Assembly: GCA_963786935.1 (NCBI GenBank)
Contig: CAWBAN010000001.1
Coordinates: forward strand, 736,001 to 800,000
Reading direction: 5' to 3'
From: an uncultured bacterium
Lineage (GTDB): Bacteria; Krumholzibacteriota; Krumholzibacteriia; Krumholzibacteriales; Krumholzibacteriaceae
Length of the DNA: 64,000 nt
How positions within the stretch are numbered: the stretch's first letter is position 1; each line of letters begins with the position of its first letter. The notes beneath the pieces were generated by a model. That model did no database searches. It was not told the origin of the DNA and saw only the letters and a list, made by a program, of their open reading frames with translations. Made by a program: the position numbers and the translations under genes. Below, piece after piece: positions 50,199 to 60,946 of this stretch.

Positions 50199-50310
50199 AA
50201 AGCAGGAGGCGTGCGCCTCCTCACCTTACGGTCTTTATTGTATCGGTAGGGTTTCATCGTGAATCCGGTTCAAACGGGCGGGTGAGACTTTACCTGCCCT
50301 TTTTGTTTTT
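50199..50310 (+). ncRNA. L20-leader-like attenuator upstream of infC-rpmI-rplT
   Basis: AGCAGGAGGC...GCCTCCTCACC 5' part; terminator GGGCGGGTGAG/TTTACCTGCCC plus T run; promoter TTGACG-17-TATCTT at 50149-50177. Confidence 0.7.
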
Positions 50311-50329
50311 ATTGCCGGGAGGTGGCGAT

Positions 50330-50872
50330 ATCAACAAGGAAAAGGAACGGGAGAAGCGGGTTCGTGTCAACGAGCAGATACGGCTGCCGGAGATCAGGGT
50401 CATCGACGCCGAGGGCAAGCAGCTCGGGGTACTCCCGACCGCGGAGGCGCTCAAGATGGCCGAAGAGCAGGGACTCGACCTCGTCGAGATCTCTCCGACG
50501 TCGCGGCCGCCCGTATGCAAGATCATGGATTTCGGGAAGTTCAAGTACGAGCAGAGCAAGAAAGCCCGGGAATCCAAGAAGAAGCAGCACACGACCCATT
50601 TGAAGGAGATCAAGATCCGTCCCAAGATCGAGGAGCACGATCTCCAATTCAAGCTGCGGAACGCGGAGAAGTTTCTCCAGGAAAAGGACAAGGTCAAGAT
50701 CACGGTCATTTTCCGGGGACGCGAGATGGAGCACATGGACATGGGCCGAAAGATCCTCGATCGCGTCGTCACGCAGTTCGCCGAAATCGCGGTCATCGAG
50801 AAGGACGCGATACAGGTCGGCAAGATGATTTCGATGATCCTGGGTCCGCGATCCGACAGAAAAGGGGGCTAG
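50330..50872 (+). CDS. infC: Translation initiation factor IF-3 (non-canonical ATC start)
   Basis: RVNEQIR, LDLVEISP..PPVCKIMDFGKFKYE, FRGRE; SD GGAGGT 6 nt before ATC, no suitable in-frame ATG. Confidence 0.93.
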   Translation: MNKEKEREKRVRVNEQIRLPEIRVIDAEGKQLGVLPTAEALKMAEEQGLDLVEISPTSRPPVCKIMDFGKFKYEQSKKARESKKKQHTTHLKEIKIRPKIEEHDLQFKLRNAEKFLQEKDKVKITVIFRGREMEHMDMGRKILDRVVTQFAEIAVIEKDAIQVGKMISMILGPRSDRKGG

Positions 50873-50881
50873 AGAACAACT

Positions 50882-51076
50882 ATGCCGAAGCTGAAAACCA
50901 ATCGAGCCGCGCACAAGCGCTTCCGCGTCACGGGAACGGGACGGGTCAAGCGGACGAAGGCGTACGGAAGCCACATTTTGACGAAGAAGACGAGCAAGCG
51001 GAAACGCAACCTGCGCAAGGGGACCACGGTCGCGGCAAGCGACGCCAGGCGCGTCCGCCGGATGCTGGGCATGTAA
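50882..51076 (+). CDS. rpmI: 50S ribosomal protein L35
   Basis: [20 protein letters not shown]...HILTKK. Confidence 0.97.
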   Translation: MPKLKTNRAAHKRFRVTGTGRVKRTKAYGSHILTKKTSKRKRNLRKGTTVAASDARRVRRMLGM

Positions 51077-51136
51077 CGAGCGGGCGGTTCATTCCATCAC
51101 GAGCAGGCTTGCACGAGTCGCAGGAGGATTGACAGT

Positions 51137-51493
51137 ATGCCGAGAACGAAACAGGGTGTGGCTTCGAAGAGCCGCAAGAAAAAGATCATCAAACGGGCGA
51201 AAGGCTATTTCGGCAGCCGCCACACGCTCTATCGCCCGGCGCGCGAGGCGGTCAATCGAGCCCTCATGTACGCGTACCGGGACCGGCGCGCGCGGAAGCG
51301 GGATTTCCGGAAGCTCTGGATCGCCCGGATCAACGCCGCCGCGCGTCTGAACGGCATGAGCTACAGCCGCCTCATCGACGGGCTGAAGAAATCGAACATC
51401 GAAATCAACCGCAAAATGCTCGCGGAGCTCGCCATCAACGATGCGGCCGGCTTCACGAAGCTCGCGGAGATCGCGAAGGAATCCCTTCAATGA
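51137..51493 (+). CDS. rplT: 50S ribosomal protein L20
   Basis: [39 protein letters not shown]. Confidence 0.98.
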   Translation: MPRTKQGVASKSRKKKIIKRAKGYFGSRHTLYRPAREAVNRALMYAYRDRRARKRDFRKLWIARINAAARLNGMSYSRLIDGLKKSNIEINRKMLAELAINDAAGFTKLAEIAKESLQ

Positions 51494-52548
51494 GCGAGCG
51501 ACCCGATCGCTCCGGGATCGATGAGATCGCGCTGCGGGCCGAACGGGCCTTCGCCGGGGCCGGCGACCTCGACACGCTCGAAGAGGCGCGTGTCCGTTTC
51601 ATCGGACGCAAGGGAGAGATCACGACGCTCCTGCGTTCCATCGGGAGCCTGCCGACCGAGGAGCGCCCCGCGTTCGGAGATCTCGTCAATGATCTGCGGG
51701 GGCGCATCGAGAACCTGTACGAGCGGCGCCGGAGCGCGCTGTCGGAAGGAGCGGCGGAAGAGGATTATTTCGCCGGCGATCCGACGCTCCCGGGGAGGCG
51801 CACGCTTCCCGGCGGCCGCCACGTGCTCCACCAGGTCCTGCGCGACATCAAGCGCATCTTCGCCGGCATGGGATACTCACTCGCCGAGGGGCCGGACGTC
51901 GAGCTCGACTATTACAATTTCGAGGCGCTGAATTTTCCGGCGGACCATCCGTCGCGGGACACGCAGGACACCTTCTATATCAACCGGGACATTCTCCTGA
52001 GGACGCAGACCTCGCCCGTGCAGGTGCGGTACATGGAGAAACACAAGCCGCCGCTCCGCATCATCGTGCCCGGCCGCGTCTACCGCAACGAATCGCCCGA
52101 TCCGTCCCATGCGGCGGAGTTCCTCCAGATGGAGGGGCTGTACGTCGACCGGAACGTGTCGCTCGCCGATCTCCGGAACGACGTGACCTATTTCGTGCGG
52201 GCGTATTTCGGATCGAGCGCGAAGGTGCGTTTCAGGCCGCACTTCTTCCCCTTCACGGAACCGAGCGCGGAAGCGGACATGTCGTGCTTCGCGTGCCGGG
52301 GCGCCGGATGCCCCATCTGCGGCAAGACCGGATGGATCGAGATCATGGGCGCCGGGATGGTGCATCCGCACGTGTTCCGCAACGTGGGCTACGATCCGGA
52401 CGCGTACACGGGGTTCGCGTTCGGCCTCGGCCTCGACCGGATCGCGATGCTCAAGTACGGCGTCGACGATATCCGGCGGCTCCTCGCGAACGATCTGCGG
52501 TTCCTCCGGCAGTTCTGGGCGGAAACGGCGGGGGAGGTGTTCGAGTGA
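51490..52548 (+). CDS. pheS: Phenylalanyl-tRNA synthetase alpha subunit
   Basis: [45 protein letters not shown]. Confidence 0.98.
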   Translation: MSERPDRSGIDEIALRAERAFAGAGDLDTLEEARVRFIGRKGEITTLLRSIGSLPTEERPAFGDLVNDLRGRIENLYERRRSALSEGAAEEDYFAGDPTLPGRRTLPGGRHVLHQVLRDIKRIFAGMGYSLAEGPDVELDYYNFEALNFPADHPSRDTQDTFYINRDILLRTQTSPVQVRYMEKHKPPLRIIVPGRVYRNESPDPSHAAEFLQMEGLYVDRNVSLADLRNDVTYFVRAYFGSSAKVRFRPHFFPFTEPSAEADMSCFACRGAGCPICGKTGWIEIMGAGMVHPHVFRNVGYDPDAYTGFAFGLGLDRIAMLKYGVDDIRRLLANDLRFLRQFWAETAGEVFE

Positions 52549-54941
52549 AGATCAGCCTCGGCTGGCTGAAACGGTACGTCGACATCGAGGAAGACGCCGT
52601 GACCCTCGCGCGCGATCTCACGATGTTCGGCGTGAACGTCGAGGGAATCGAGTCGCTCGCGCCCCCGTTCTCCGGCGTCGTGCTCGGCACCGTGCTCGAC
52701 GTCAAGAAACACCCGGGGGCCGACCGGCTCAGCCTCTGCTCGGTGGACGCCGGCGGCGCCCGTCCGCTCAGCATCGTGTGCGGCGCGCCGAACGTGACGG
52801 CGGGGATGCGTGTTCCGGTGGCGGTGGAGGGGGCCGTGCTCGCGGGCGGGCTCAAGATCAAGAAGTCGAAGATCAGGGGAGTCGTTTCCGAAGGAATGCT
52901 CTGCTCGGAATCGGAGCTGGGCTTGAGCGAGGATCACAGCGGCATCCTGTCGCTCGAGTTCGACGAGCGGCCGGGGACGAGCCTCGAGGGGAAGCTCGGG
53001 CAGTCCGAGTACGTGTTCGATCTCGAGGTGACCCCGAATCGTCCCGATCTCCTGTGCCACTACGGCATCGCGCGCGAGATCGCGGCGCGGTATCGGCGCA
53101 AGCTGACGGCGCCGGACCTCCTCGATCTTTCGACGGGGGCCGATTTCGACCTGCGGATCGAGAGCGGCGCCGATTGTCCCCGGTACGCCGCGGCCTTCGT
53201 CGATGACGTCGTCGTGGCCCCGTCGCCGGCATGGATGCAGAAGCTTCTCAAGTCGGTGGGCTTGAGCGCGATCAACAACATCGTCGACGCGACGAATTTC
53301 GTTCTCATGGAGCTCGGGCAGCCGCTTCACGCGTTCGATCGGGATACCCTCGCGAAGGACTCGATCGTGGTCAGGCGGGCGAAGAAGGGGGAGCGGCTCG
53401 TCACCCTCGACGGGATCGAGCGCGAGCTCGATCCGGGGATCCTCGTCATCGCAGACGACGCGCGTCCCGTGGGGATCGCCGGCGTGATGGGCGGCCGCGA
53501 CAGCGAGGTGACCGCCGGCACCACGCGCCTCGTCGTCGAGAGCGCGATGTTCGATCCGCGTCTCATCCGGGACGCGCGACAGCGCCTCAAGCTCGAGACC
53601 GAGGCCTCGTACCGTTTCGAACGGGAAGGGGACATCGGGATCATGGTGGACGCGGCGGCGCGCGCGTGCCGGCTCATTCGCGATATGGGCGCGGGGAAGC
53701 CGTCCGTCGCGTGCGCCGAGTTCATGCCCGATCCGAAGAGCGTCGAGCGGCGCGCCGTCTCGCTCCGGGTGAGCCACGCGAACCGGGTCATGGGCACCGA
53801 GCTCGCCGGCGACGATATCGCCGCGCTCCTCGACCGGCTCGAGCTCTCGTCCCGCTCCTACGGCGAGACGGTGCACGTTTCGATCCCGACGTTCAGGCGG
53901 GATATCCGGGAAGAGATCGATCTCGTGGAGGAAGCGGCGCGCGTCTACGGATTCGAGAACATCGGCATCGACGAATCCACGAGATGCAGCATCTTCGCCG
54001 CGACGCCGCTCGATGACCAGCGGATCGATTCGCTCGTCGAGTACCTCGTCGCCCGCGGATTCGCGGAGACCGTTACGAGCTCGTTCATGGATCCCGGCGA
54101 CGCGGGACGTATGGGATGGGACACGCGGGACGAACGGTACGATCCGCTGCGGATCGAGAATCCCCTCACGGAAGCGCAATCCGCGCTCCGGACGAGCCTG
54201 CTGCCGGGCCTCCTCGGCGTCCTGCGGCGGAACAGCCGCGCGGAACAGGAAGAGATACGGATTTTTGAAATGGGCAAGGTCTTCATCCCGGGGCCCGCGC
54301 GCGCGGGGCTTCCGCGGGAAGAGCGGCATCTCGCCGCCCTTTTCGTCCGCCATGCCGCGCCGCTCGAGTGGATGGAGCCGCGGCGTCAGATCGATTTTTT
54401 CGATATGAAAGGGGAGCTCGAGTCGCTCCTCGACCGGCTCGGCGTGGGCCGGCGGGTCGCCATGGTGAAGCCGCATGACGGCAAGGGGCATATATTCCAC
54501 TGGGTGCTCGGTGGAGCGATCATCGCGGAAGGGGGAATGATCGCGCGCGGCGTGTCGGAGGCGTACGACGTCGATTTCCCGATCTTCTATTTCGACCTCT
54601 TGCTCGACGCGCTGCCGCCGGCGGGAGCGGAATGGCCGAGATTCGAGCCGTTGAGCCAGTACCCCGCCGTCAAGCGCGACCTCTGCATCGTCGTCGCCGA
54701 TCGCGTGCGGTTCGCCGAGGTTAGAAACGTTATTATGAAACAGGCACAATATCTTGATTCTATTCGAGTTTTCGATTATTATCGTGGCGGTCATCTCGGG
54801 GATGGCAAACGGAGCTACACCTTCAGGCTCAGCTTCCGATCGTCCGAGGGCACCCTCGACGGAATCGCGGTCGACCGCGATGTCCAGAGGATCGTCGGGG
54901 CCCTCGCGCGCGAGCTCGGGGCTGCGCTGCGCACGGAATAG
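52545..54941 (+). CDS. pheT: Phenylalanyl-tRNA synthetase beta subunit
   Basis: HPGADRL, IVCGAPN, TPNRPD, GQPLHAFD, RRDI.EEIDLVEE, RTSLLPGL, P.VKRDL. Confidence 0.96.
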   Translation: MKISLGWLKRYVDIEEDAVTLARDLTMFGVNVEGIESLAPPFSGVVLGTVLDVKKHPGADRLSLCSVDAGGARPLSIVCGAPNVTAGMRVPVAVEGAVLAGGLKIKKSKIRGVVSEGMLCSESELGLSEDHSGILSLEFDERPGTSLEGKLGQSEYVFDLEVTPNRPDLLCHYGIAREIAARYRRKLTAPDLLDLSTGADFDLRIESGADCPRYAAAFVDDVVVAPSPAWMQKLLKSVGLSAINNIVDATNFVLMELGQPLHAFDRDTLAKDSIVVRRAKKGERLVTLDGIERELDPGILVIADDARPVGIAGVMGGRDSEVTAGTTRLVVESAMFDPRLIRDARQRLKLETEASYRFEREGDIGIMVDAAARACRLIRDMGAGKPSVACAEFMPDPKSVERRAVSLRVSHANRVMGTELAGDDIAALLDRLELSSRSYGETVHVSIPTFRRDIREEIDLVEEAARVYGFENIGIDESTRCSIFAATPLDDQRIDSLVEYLVARGFAETVTSSFMDPGDAGRMGWDTRDERYDPLRIENPLTEAQSALRTSLLPGLLGVLRRNSRAEQEEIRIFEMGKVFIPGPARAGLPREERHLAALFVRHAAPLEWMEPRRQIDFFDMKGELESLLDRLGVGRRVAMVKPHDGKGHIFHWVLGGAIIAEGGMIARGVSEAYDVDFPIFYFDLLLDALPPAGAEWPRFEPLSQYPAVKRDLCIVVADRVRFAEVRNVIMKQAQYLDSIRVFDYYRGGHLGDGKRSYTFRLSFRSSEGTLDGIAVDRDVQRIVGALARELGAALRTE

Positions 54942-54955
54942 GGGAGGGACGGCGC

Positions 54956-55240
54956 ATGGCAGGTACAGGAATCATCAATCTCGATGCGCTCGAGGAGAAA
55001 ATAACGAAAGCCGCGGAGCATATCTCCCGGCTGAAGGAAGAAAAATTGAGGCTCGAGCAGGTCAATAAAGAGTTGAAAGAAAAAATCGATTCGTTGTATA
55101 TTAACAACGGTGATTTGACGAGGGAACTCGAAATCTTACGGACCGAAAAGCAAAAGACTGGAGATTTCGATCAAACGAGAGAGGAGATAAAAGGGAAGGT
55201 AGAGGAGATGCTGGCGAAGCTGGATCAGCTCGACATCTGA
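54956..55240 (+). CDS. zapB: Cell division coiled-coil protein ZapB-like
   Basis: LDALEEKI...LKEE... coiled coil located between pheT and zapA. Confidence 0.65.
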   Translation: MAGTGIINLDALEEKITKAAEHISRLKEEKLRLEQVNKELKEKIDSLYINNGDLTRELEILRTEKQKTGDFDQTREEIKGKVEEMLAKLDQLDI

Positions 55241-55325
55241 TCGGCAGCCGGTTGATAAAGGCGGGTAACCGGGAGAGGAAGAAACGGACACGAAAGGCTC
55301 TGCGTTGATCTCGGAAGGCAGTCTC

Positions 55326-55622
55326 ATGACCGAAAAGAGCACTGAAAAGGTGGAAATTTTTGGTCAGGAGTATAAAATCAAGGGTGTTGGCAACCCTCAG
55401 TATATTCATAAGATAGCAGGATACGTGGACCGGAAGATGAGGGAAATAGCCCATTCGAGCGGCATCATGTCGCAATCGCGCATCGCCATATTGGCAGCTC
55501 TCAATATTACTGACGAGCTCTGTCAGGAGCGCGAGGAACGCGAACGGCTCCAAGCCGAGCTCGAGGGCAAAGCCGCGCGATTGGGCGAGCTCCTTGATAG
55601 CAAGATCAGCGTCGAGCGTTGA
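55326..55622 (+). CDS. zapA: Cell division protein ZapA
   Basis: VEIFGQEY, AGYVDRKM, IAILAALNITDEL. Confidence 0.9.
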   Translation: MTEKSTEKVEIFGQEYKIKGVGNPQYIHKIAGYVDRKMREIAHSSGIMSQSRIAILAALNITDELCQEREERERLQAELEGKAARLGELLDSKISVER

Positions 55623-55694
55623 TCCTCCTTGCCCCGGGGCGCACGCCGAAGATCTGGGGACCGCGAGGATATGCTCATAACGCATGAGAGGAAA

Positions 55695-55880
55695 AATTCC
55701 CTACCGTGCTCGTGATGGAGAGGCAAAATTTTAGCCAACACCTTTAGCCCGGAGGTCTCATATCTGGCCGCCGATGCCAAGCCCGGCGCGACCGGGATCG
55801 CAGAAACGGCCATGCGGACTTCCACCTTTGCTTTTCTGGCTTAAAGGGTGACTTCTCCACACGGCACAGCGTGGGGAATT
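55695..55880 (+). ncRNA. ssrS: 6S RNA
   Basis: About 186 nt rod with complementary ends (AATTCCCTAC/GTGGGGAATT, CCGTG/CACGG, TGGAGA/TCTCCA) in the typical position after zapA. Confidence 0.85.
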
Positions 55881-56022
55881 ATCTTCGCCGGTCCCGCGCC
55901 GCGGCATCTCCCGCAGCAGAGATTCAACCATCTCATATCTCAAAGCGTTCGCAGCAACTGAAGAAGCGTTGACCTGAGTCGCGCGGAGGTGAGCACCCCG
56001 ATCGTTCATCGGGAAATCAACT

Positions 56023-57588
56023 ATGCAAGGTGTATTCTTTTTCACGTCGGCCGGGATACTGATTCTCTTCATCGGCCTCGTGGCAGGGTGGTTCATCAAC
56101 AAGAAGGTCTCGGAAAGCCATCTCAAGCACACGAGGAAGCTCGCGGAGAACATCATCGCCGAAGCCCAGCGGGAAGCCGAGACGCAGAAGAAAGCGGCGA
56201 TTCTCGAGGCGAAGGACGAGTGGTATCAGGCCAAGCTCAGATTCGAGAAGGAGACGCAGGAGGCGCGGCAGGAGCTCAAGAAGCAGGAGCGGCGTCTCGA
56301 AGAGAAGGAACAGAACATCAACCGAAAGGTCGACTACCTCGAGACCCGCGAGCAGGAGATCGGCGAACGGCAGAAGTCCCTCGACGGCAAACTGCAGGGG
56401 GTGGCCGAGAAGAACGAGGAGCTGAACCGCGTGCTCCAGATGCAGAACGACAAGCTCGAGCGGCTCGCCGGCCTCAGCAAGGACGAGGCGAAGAAGCTTC
56501 TCATCACGAATCTCGAGAGCGAGGCGCGGCACGAGGCGGCGAAGAAGATCCGCGACATCCGCGAGGAAGCGGAGCGCAACGCCGTCAAGGAGAGCCGCGA
56601 GATCCTGACGCTCGCGATCGAGCGGTGCGCGGCCGATCACGTCGTCGAGTCGACCGTGTCGGTCGTCGATCTGCCGAGCGACGAGATGAAGGGGCGTATC
56701 ATCGGCCGCGAGGGGCGCAACATCAGGGCGTTCGAGAACGCGACCGGCATCGACGTGATCATCGACGACACGCCGGAAGCGGTCATTCTCTCGGGCTTCG
56801 ATCCGATTAGGCGCGAGGTCGCCCGGCTCTCGCTCGAGAAGCTCGTCAAGGACGGCCGCATCCATCCGGGGCGCATCGAGGAGGTCGTCGAGAAAACGCG
56901 GAAGGAGCTCCTCGAGGAGATCCGCGAGATCGGCGAGCAGACGTGCCTCGAGCTCAACATCCACGGCCTGCATCCCGAGCTGGTGAAGCTTCTCGGCCGT
57001 CTCAAGTATCGCACGTCATACGGCCAGAACGTGCTCCAGCACTCGAAGGAAGTCGCCTATCTGTCGAGCCTGCTCGCCGGCGAGCTCGGCGCCGACGCCG
57101 TGATGGCGAAGCGCGCCGGCCTCCTGCACGATATCGGCAAAGCGGCGGACCACGAGATGGAGGGGGGACACGCCACGATCGGCGGCGAGCTCGTGAAGCG
57201 ATACGGCGAGAACGAGAAGATCATCAACGCCGTCGGCGCGCACCACGAGGACATCGAGGCGACGTCGATGCTCACGCATCTCATCTCGGCCGCCGACGCC
57301 ATTTCCGGCGCGCGGCCGGGCGCGCGGCGCGAGACGCTCGAAAACTACATCAGGCGGCTCGAGAAGCTCGAGAAGATCGCGGACGCCTTCGACGGCGTCG
57401 AGAAATCGTACGCGATCCAGGCGGGGCGCGAGATCAGGATACTGGTGAACTTCAAGAAGCTCGACGACGCGCAGTCCGTCGACCTCTGCTCGGAGATCGC
57501 GCGGAAGATCGAGGGAGACATGGAATATCCCGGGCAGATCAAGGTGGTCGTCGTCCGGGAGACGAGAGCGGTCGATTACGCGCGCTGA
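56023..57588 (+). CDS. rny: Ribonuclease Y
   Basis: N-terminal TM, coiled coil, [13 protein letters not shown] (KH), [24 protein letters not shown]. Confidence 0.97.
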   Translation: MQGVFFFTSAGILILFIGLVAGWFINKKVSESHLKHTRKLAENIIAEAQREAETQKKAAILEAKDEWYQAKLRFEKETQEARQELKKQERRLEEKEQNINRKVDYLETREQEIGERQKSLDGKLQGVAEKNEELNRVLQMQNDKLERLAGLSKDEAKKLLITNLESEARHEAAKKIRDIREEAERNAVKESREILTLAIERCAADHVVESTVSVVDLPSDEMKGRIIGREGRNIRAFENATGIDVIIDDTPEAVILSGFDPIRREVARLSLEKLVKDGRIHPGRIEEVVEKTRKELLEEIREIGEQTCLELNIHGLHPELVKLLGRLKYRTSYGQNVLQHSKEVAYLSSLLAGELGADAVMAKRAGLLHDIGKAADHEMEGGHATIGGELVKRYGENEKIINAVGAHHEDIEATSMLTHLISAADAISGARPGARRETLENYIRRLEKLEKIADAFDGVEKSYAIQAGREIRILVNFKKLDDAQSVDLCSEIARKIEGDMEYPGQIKVVVVRETRAVDYAR

Positions 57589-57602
57589 GCGCGCCGGTGG
57601 GT

Positions 57603-58400
57603 ATGCGGATACTGTTTCTCGGCGATATCATCTCGAAGGCGGGCCGGCGTGCCCTCGCCGCCGGGCTCGGTCCGCTCAAGGCGCGGCTCGCCGTCGATCT
57701 CTGCGTCGGCAACGTCGAGAACGCCGCCGGCATCTTCGGCATCACGCAGAAGGTCGTCGACGAGGTCGCGGCCGTCGGCGTCGATGTCATGACGAGCGGC
57801 AATCACGTGTGGGACAAGCGCGAGGGCCTCGCCGTGCTCGATGCGCGGGAGGATCTGCTGCGTCCGGCGAACTATCCCCCCGGCGTGCCGGGGCGGGGAT
57901 TCGCCGTTCGGGAGACGGGGGGAACGCCGTTCGCGGTCATCAATCTCCAGGGGCGGACCTTCATGACGGCGATCGATTGCCCGTTTCGCTGCGCGGACGC
58001 GATTCTCAGCGAGATCCCGCCCGGCGTCAAGATCGTGCTCGTCGATTTCCACGCGGAGGCGACGAGCGAGAAGCAGGCGCTCGCCGCGTATCTCGACGGC
58101 CGCGTGAGCGCCCTCGTCGGGACGCACACCCACGTGCAGACCGCCGACGAGCGGATTCTGCCGGGGGGAACGGGATTCATCACGGACCTCGGGATGGTCG
58201 GACCGATCGATTCGGTGATCGGCGTGCGCAAGGAACAGGTGATCGAGCGGTTCATGCGGGCGCTGCCGGTGCGGTTCGAGGTCGCCGAGGGAGCCGCGTG
58301 CATCGGGGGGCTTCTCGTCGACGTGGACGACGCGACGGGGCGCGCCCGCGCGGTGCTGCGGATTCGGGAGGAGATCGAGCTGCAGGAGGAGCAGCCGTGA
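57603..58400 (+). CDS. ymdB: YmdB-like metallophosphoesterase (TIGR00282 type)
   Basis: LFLGDI, NVENAA, TSGNH, RPANYP, DFHAEATSEK, GTHTHVQTAD. Confidence 0.92.
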   Translation: MRILFLGDIISKAGRRALAAGLGPLKARLAVDLCVGNVENAAGIFGITQKVVDEVAAVGVDVMTSGNHVWDKREGLAVLDAREDLLRPANYPPGVPGRGFAVRETGGTPFAVINLQGRTFMTAIDCPFRCADAILSEIPPGVKIVLVDFHAEATSEKQALAAYLDGRVSALVGTHTHVQTADERILPGGTGFITDLGMVGPIDSVIGVRKEQVIERFMRALPVRFEVAEGAACIGGLLVDVDDATGRARAVLRIREEIELQEEQP

Positions 58401-59302
58401 GCTTCGATCCGAAGAAGCTGATCGACGGGAAATCGGTCGCGGAATCGGTTCTGGCCGAGGTCGCCTCCGGGGCGTCGGATTTTTCCCGGAATCGCCGGGC
58501 GCCGTTTCTCGCGGTCGTCATCGTCGGCGAGGATCCCGCCTCGCAGGCGTACGTCAGGAGCAAGGTGAAGGCCGCGGAGCGCTGCGGAATCGCCTCGTCG
58601 CTCATCGAGCTGCCGGCCGCCGTCGAGGCGCGGGACCTCCTCGAGCGTCTCGACCGCCTCAACGCCGACGCCGGCGTCGACGGTATCCTCGTGCAGATGC
58701 CGCTCCCGCCTCATATCGACCAGCAGGAAATCATCGAGCGCATATCGCCGGCCAAGGACGTCGACGGATTGCACCCCTACAATATCGGGCGCCTCGCCTC
58801 CGACAAGCCGCGGTTCATCCCCTGCACGCCGTTCGGAATTCTCGAGCTGCTGTCGCGCTACGGCGTGCGGCCGGAGGGCCGGCGCGTCGTCGTCGTCGGG
58901 CGGAGCATTCTCGTCGGGAAGCCCGTCGCGCTGCTGCTGGCGCGGAAACACGCGAGCGGCAACGCGACCGTCACGATCTGTCATTCCCGGACGAGCGGCC
59001 TCGGATCAGTGACGCGGGAAGCGGACATTCTCGTCGCCGCGATCGGCGCGGCGCACGCGATCACGGGGGACATGATCAAGGCGGGGGCCGTCGTCATCGA
59101 CGTCGGCATGAATCGCGTGCCCGACGAGACCGCGAAGAAAGGGTACCGGCTCACCGGAGACGTCGATTTCGAATCGGCCTATCCGCGCTCTTCGCTCATC
59201 ACGCCCGTTCCGGGCGGCGTCGGGCCCATGACGGTCGCCATGCTCATGCGCAACACGCTCCAGGCCGCGCGGTGGTCGCATGGAGTGCGGGATGAAGGAT
59301 AG
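58397..59302 (+). CDS. folD: Methylenetetrahydrofolate dehydrogenase/cyclohydrolase
   Basis: IDGK, GILVQMPLP, KDVDG, PCTP, GRSILVGKP, TPVPGGVGPMT. Confidence 0.96.
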   Translation: MSFDPKKLIDGKSVAESVLAEVASGASDFSRNRRAPFLAVVIVGEDPASQAYVRSKVKAAERCGIASSLIELPAAVEARDLLERLDRLNADAGVDGILVQMPLPPHIDQQEIIERISPAKDVDGLHPYNIGRLASDKPRFIPCTPFGILELLSRYGVRPEGRRVVVVGRSILVGKPVALLLARKHASGNATVTICHSRTSGLGSVTREADILVAAIGAAHAITGDMIKAGAVVIDVGMNRVPDETAKKGYRLTGDVDFESAYPRSSLITPVPGGVGPMTVAMLMRNTLQAARWSHGVRDEG

Positions 59303-60788
59303 CGCGGAGAACGCTCCGGCGGGAGAGGTCCGGCCGGATCTCTACACGGTGACGGAGATCGGCGAGGCCGTCAGGCAGCACCTCGAGTCTGAATTCCCGC
59401 GCGTGAGCGTCATCGGCGAGATCGCGAATTTCAAGCGCCACACCTCAGGGCACGTCTACTTCACCCTCCGGGACAATTCGAGCATGATTCACGCGGTGCT
59501 GTTCCGGCGATACGCCGACCGCGTCGCGTTCGCGCCGGCGAACGGGATGCTCGTCATCGCCCCGGGGAGGATCTCGCATTTCGGCGGCTCGGGGCAGACG
59601 CAGATCATCGCGACCGATTTGATCCCCGCCGGGCGCGGCGGCCTCGAGCTCGAGTTCAGGCGGCTGCTCAAACGTCTCATGGACGAGGGGCTCACCGCCG
59701 AGGATCGCAAACGGCGGCTCCCGCGGTATCCCGCGCGGATCGCCGTCATCACGTCGCCGACGGGCGCCGTGGTCCGCGACATCGTCAATACGCTGCGCCG
59801 GCGGTGGCCCGTGGCCGAGATCGTCCACGTCCCGGCCGAGGTGCAGGGACCGGGCTCCGCGGCATCCATCGCGCGCGCCTTCGAAGTCGCCAACGGCATG
59901 GACGACGTCGATACCGTGATTCTCGCGCGCGGGGGAGGGAGCGTCGAGGATCTCTGGAGCTTCAACAGCGAAGAGGTCGCGCGGGCCGTCGCCGGATCGG
60001 TTCATCCGGTGGTGACGGGGATCGGCCACGAGATCGACACGACGGTGGCCGATTACGTCGCCGACGTCCGCGCGGCGACGCCGACCGCTGCCGCCGAGCT
60101 CGCCGCTCCCCCGGTCGACGACGTTCTCCGCGAGCTCGAGGGCTCGCTCGGGCGGATCGCGATCGTGGAGTCGGCCTCGCTCGCCAACAGGCGGCACCTC
60201 GTCGAGTACCTCGTCAGGAGCTCCGCGTTTCCGGCGCTCGCGCATCGGATCGAGCGCTCGGAGCTCGCCGTCGACGACGGCCTCGAGCGGCTCGCCGACT
60301 GGCGTCGTTCGCGCGTCGACGGGATCGTCGAGGCCCTCGATGCCTCGGCCGCCGGCATGGCGGCGTCGCTCGACGAGCGCATCGGGGGGGATCGGGATTC
60401 GCTCGGCTCCGCGCTCGAGCGTCTTTCGGAGCGGAATCCCTCCGGCGCGGTTCGCGCCGCGGCCGGGTTGATCGATCAACGCATGCGGGTGATGGCGGTG
60501 GGGCTGGCGGGAGATCTGAAGCTCAGGGATCGGGAGGTTTCCGGGAAGATCGGGGCGCTCGCGGCGCTCGACCCGCGCGGCGTATTGAAGCGCGGCTACG
60601 CGTACTGCACCGACGGGGGAGACGAGCGGGTGATACCGCGCGCCGCCGGAGTATCCCCGGGCGACCGGCTCGCGGTTCATTTCCACGACGGGGGGCTCCT
60701 CTGCTCCGTGCGGGAAAAGAAGAAAGGACGGCCATGGCGAAAAAAGCGAGCTTCGAGGACGCGCTCGACCGGCTCAACGCGATCGTGA
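59292..60788 (+). CDS. xseA: Exodeoxyribonuclease VII large subunit
   Basis: GEIANF..SGHVYFTL.D, ITSPTGA, ARGGGSVEDLWSFN, GIGHEIDT, TPTAAAE. Confidence 0.93.
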   Translation: MKDSAENAPAGEVRPDLYTVTEIGEAVRQHLESEFPRVSVIGEIANFKRHTSGHVYFTLRDNSSMIHAVLFRRYADRVAFAPANGMLVIAPGRISHFGGSGQTQIIATDLIPAGRGGLELEFRRLLKRLMDEGLTAEDRKRRLPRYPARIAVITSPTGAVVRDIVNTLRRRWPVAEIVHVPAEVQGPGSAASIARAFEVANGMDDVDTVILARGGGSVEDLWSFNSEEVARAVAGSVHPVVTGIGHEIDTTVADYVADVRAATPTAAAELAAPPVDDVLRELEGSLGRIAIVESASLANRRHLVEYLVRSSAFPALAHRIERSELAVDDGLERLADWRRSRVDGIVEALDASAAGMAASLDERIGGDRDSLGSALERLSERNPSGAVRAAAGLIDQRMRVMAVGLAGDLKLRDREVSGKIGALAALDPRGVLKRGYAYCTDGGDERVIPRAAGVSPGDRLAVHFHDGGLLCSVREKKKGRPWRKKRASRTRSTGSTRS

Positions 60789-60946
60789 AGCGGCTCGAGG
60801 AAGGCGACGTTCCGCTCGAGGAGAGCATCGGGCTCTATGAGGAGGGCATGAAGCTCGGCGCACTCTGCAAGGGCATCGTGCGCGACGCCGAGCGGCGGAT
60901 GAAGCAGCTCACCGAGGAGATCGCCGGGCGCGAGGGGGATGACTAG
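60734..60946 (+). CDS. xseB: Exodeoxyribonuclease VII small subunit
   Basis: SFEDALDRL..IV..LEEGDVPLEESI..YEEG. Confidence 0.92.
   Translation: MAKKASFEDALDRLNAIVKRLEEGDVPLEESIGLYEEGMKLGALCKGIVRDAERRMKQLTEEIAGREGDD

Noticed and set aside
54720..55520. AT-richer patch across the pheT end, zapB and zapA (similar patches at ~8440-8620 and ~22200-22380)
   Set aside because: Reading frames and conserved gene order are intact, with no sign of insertion.
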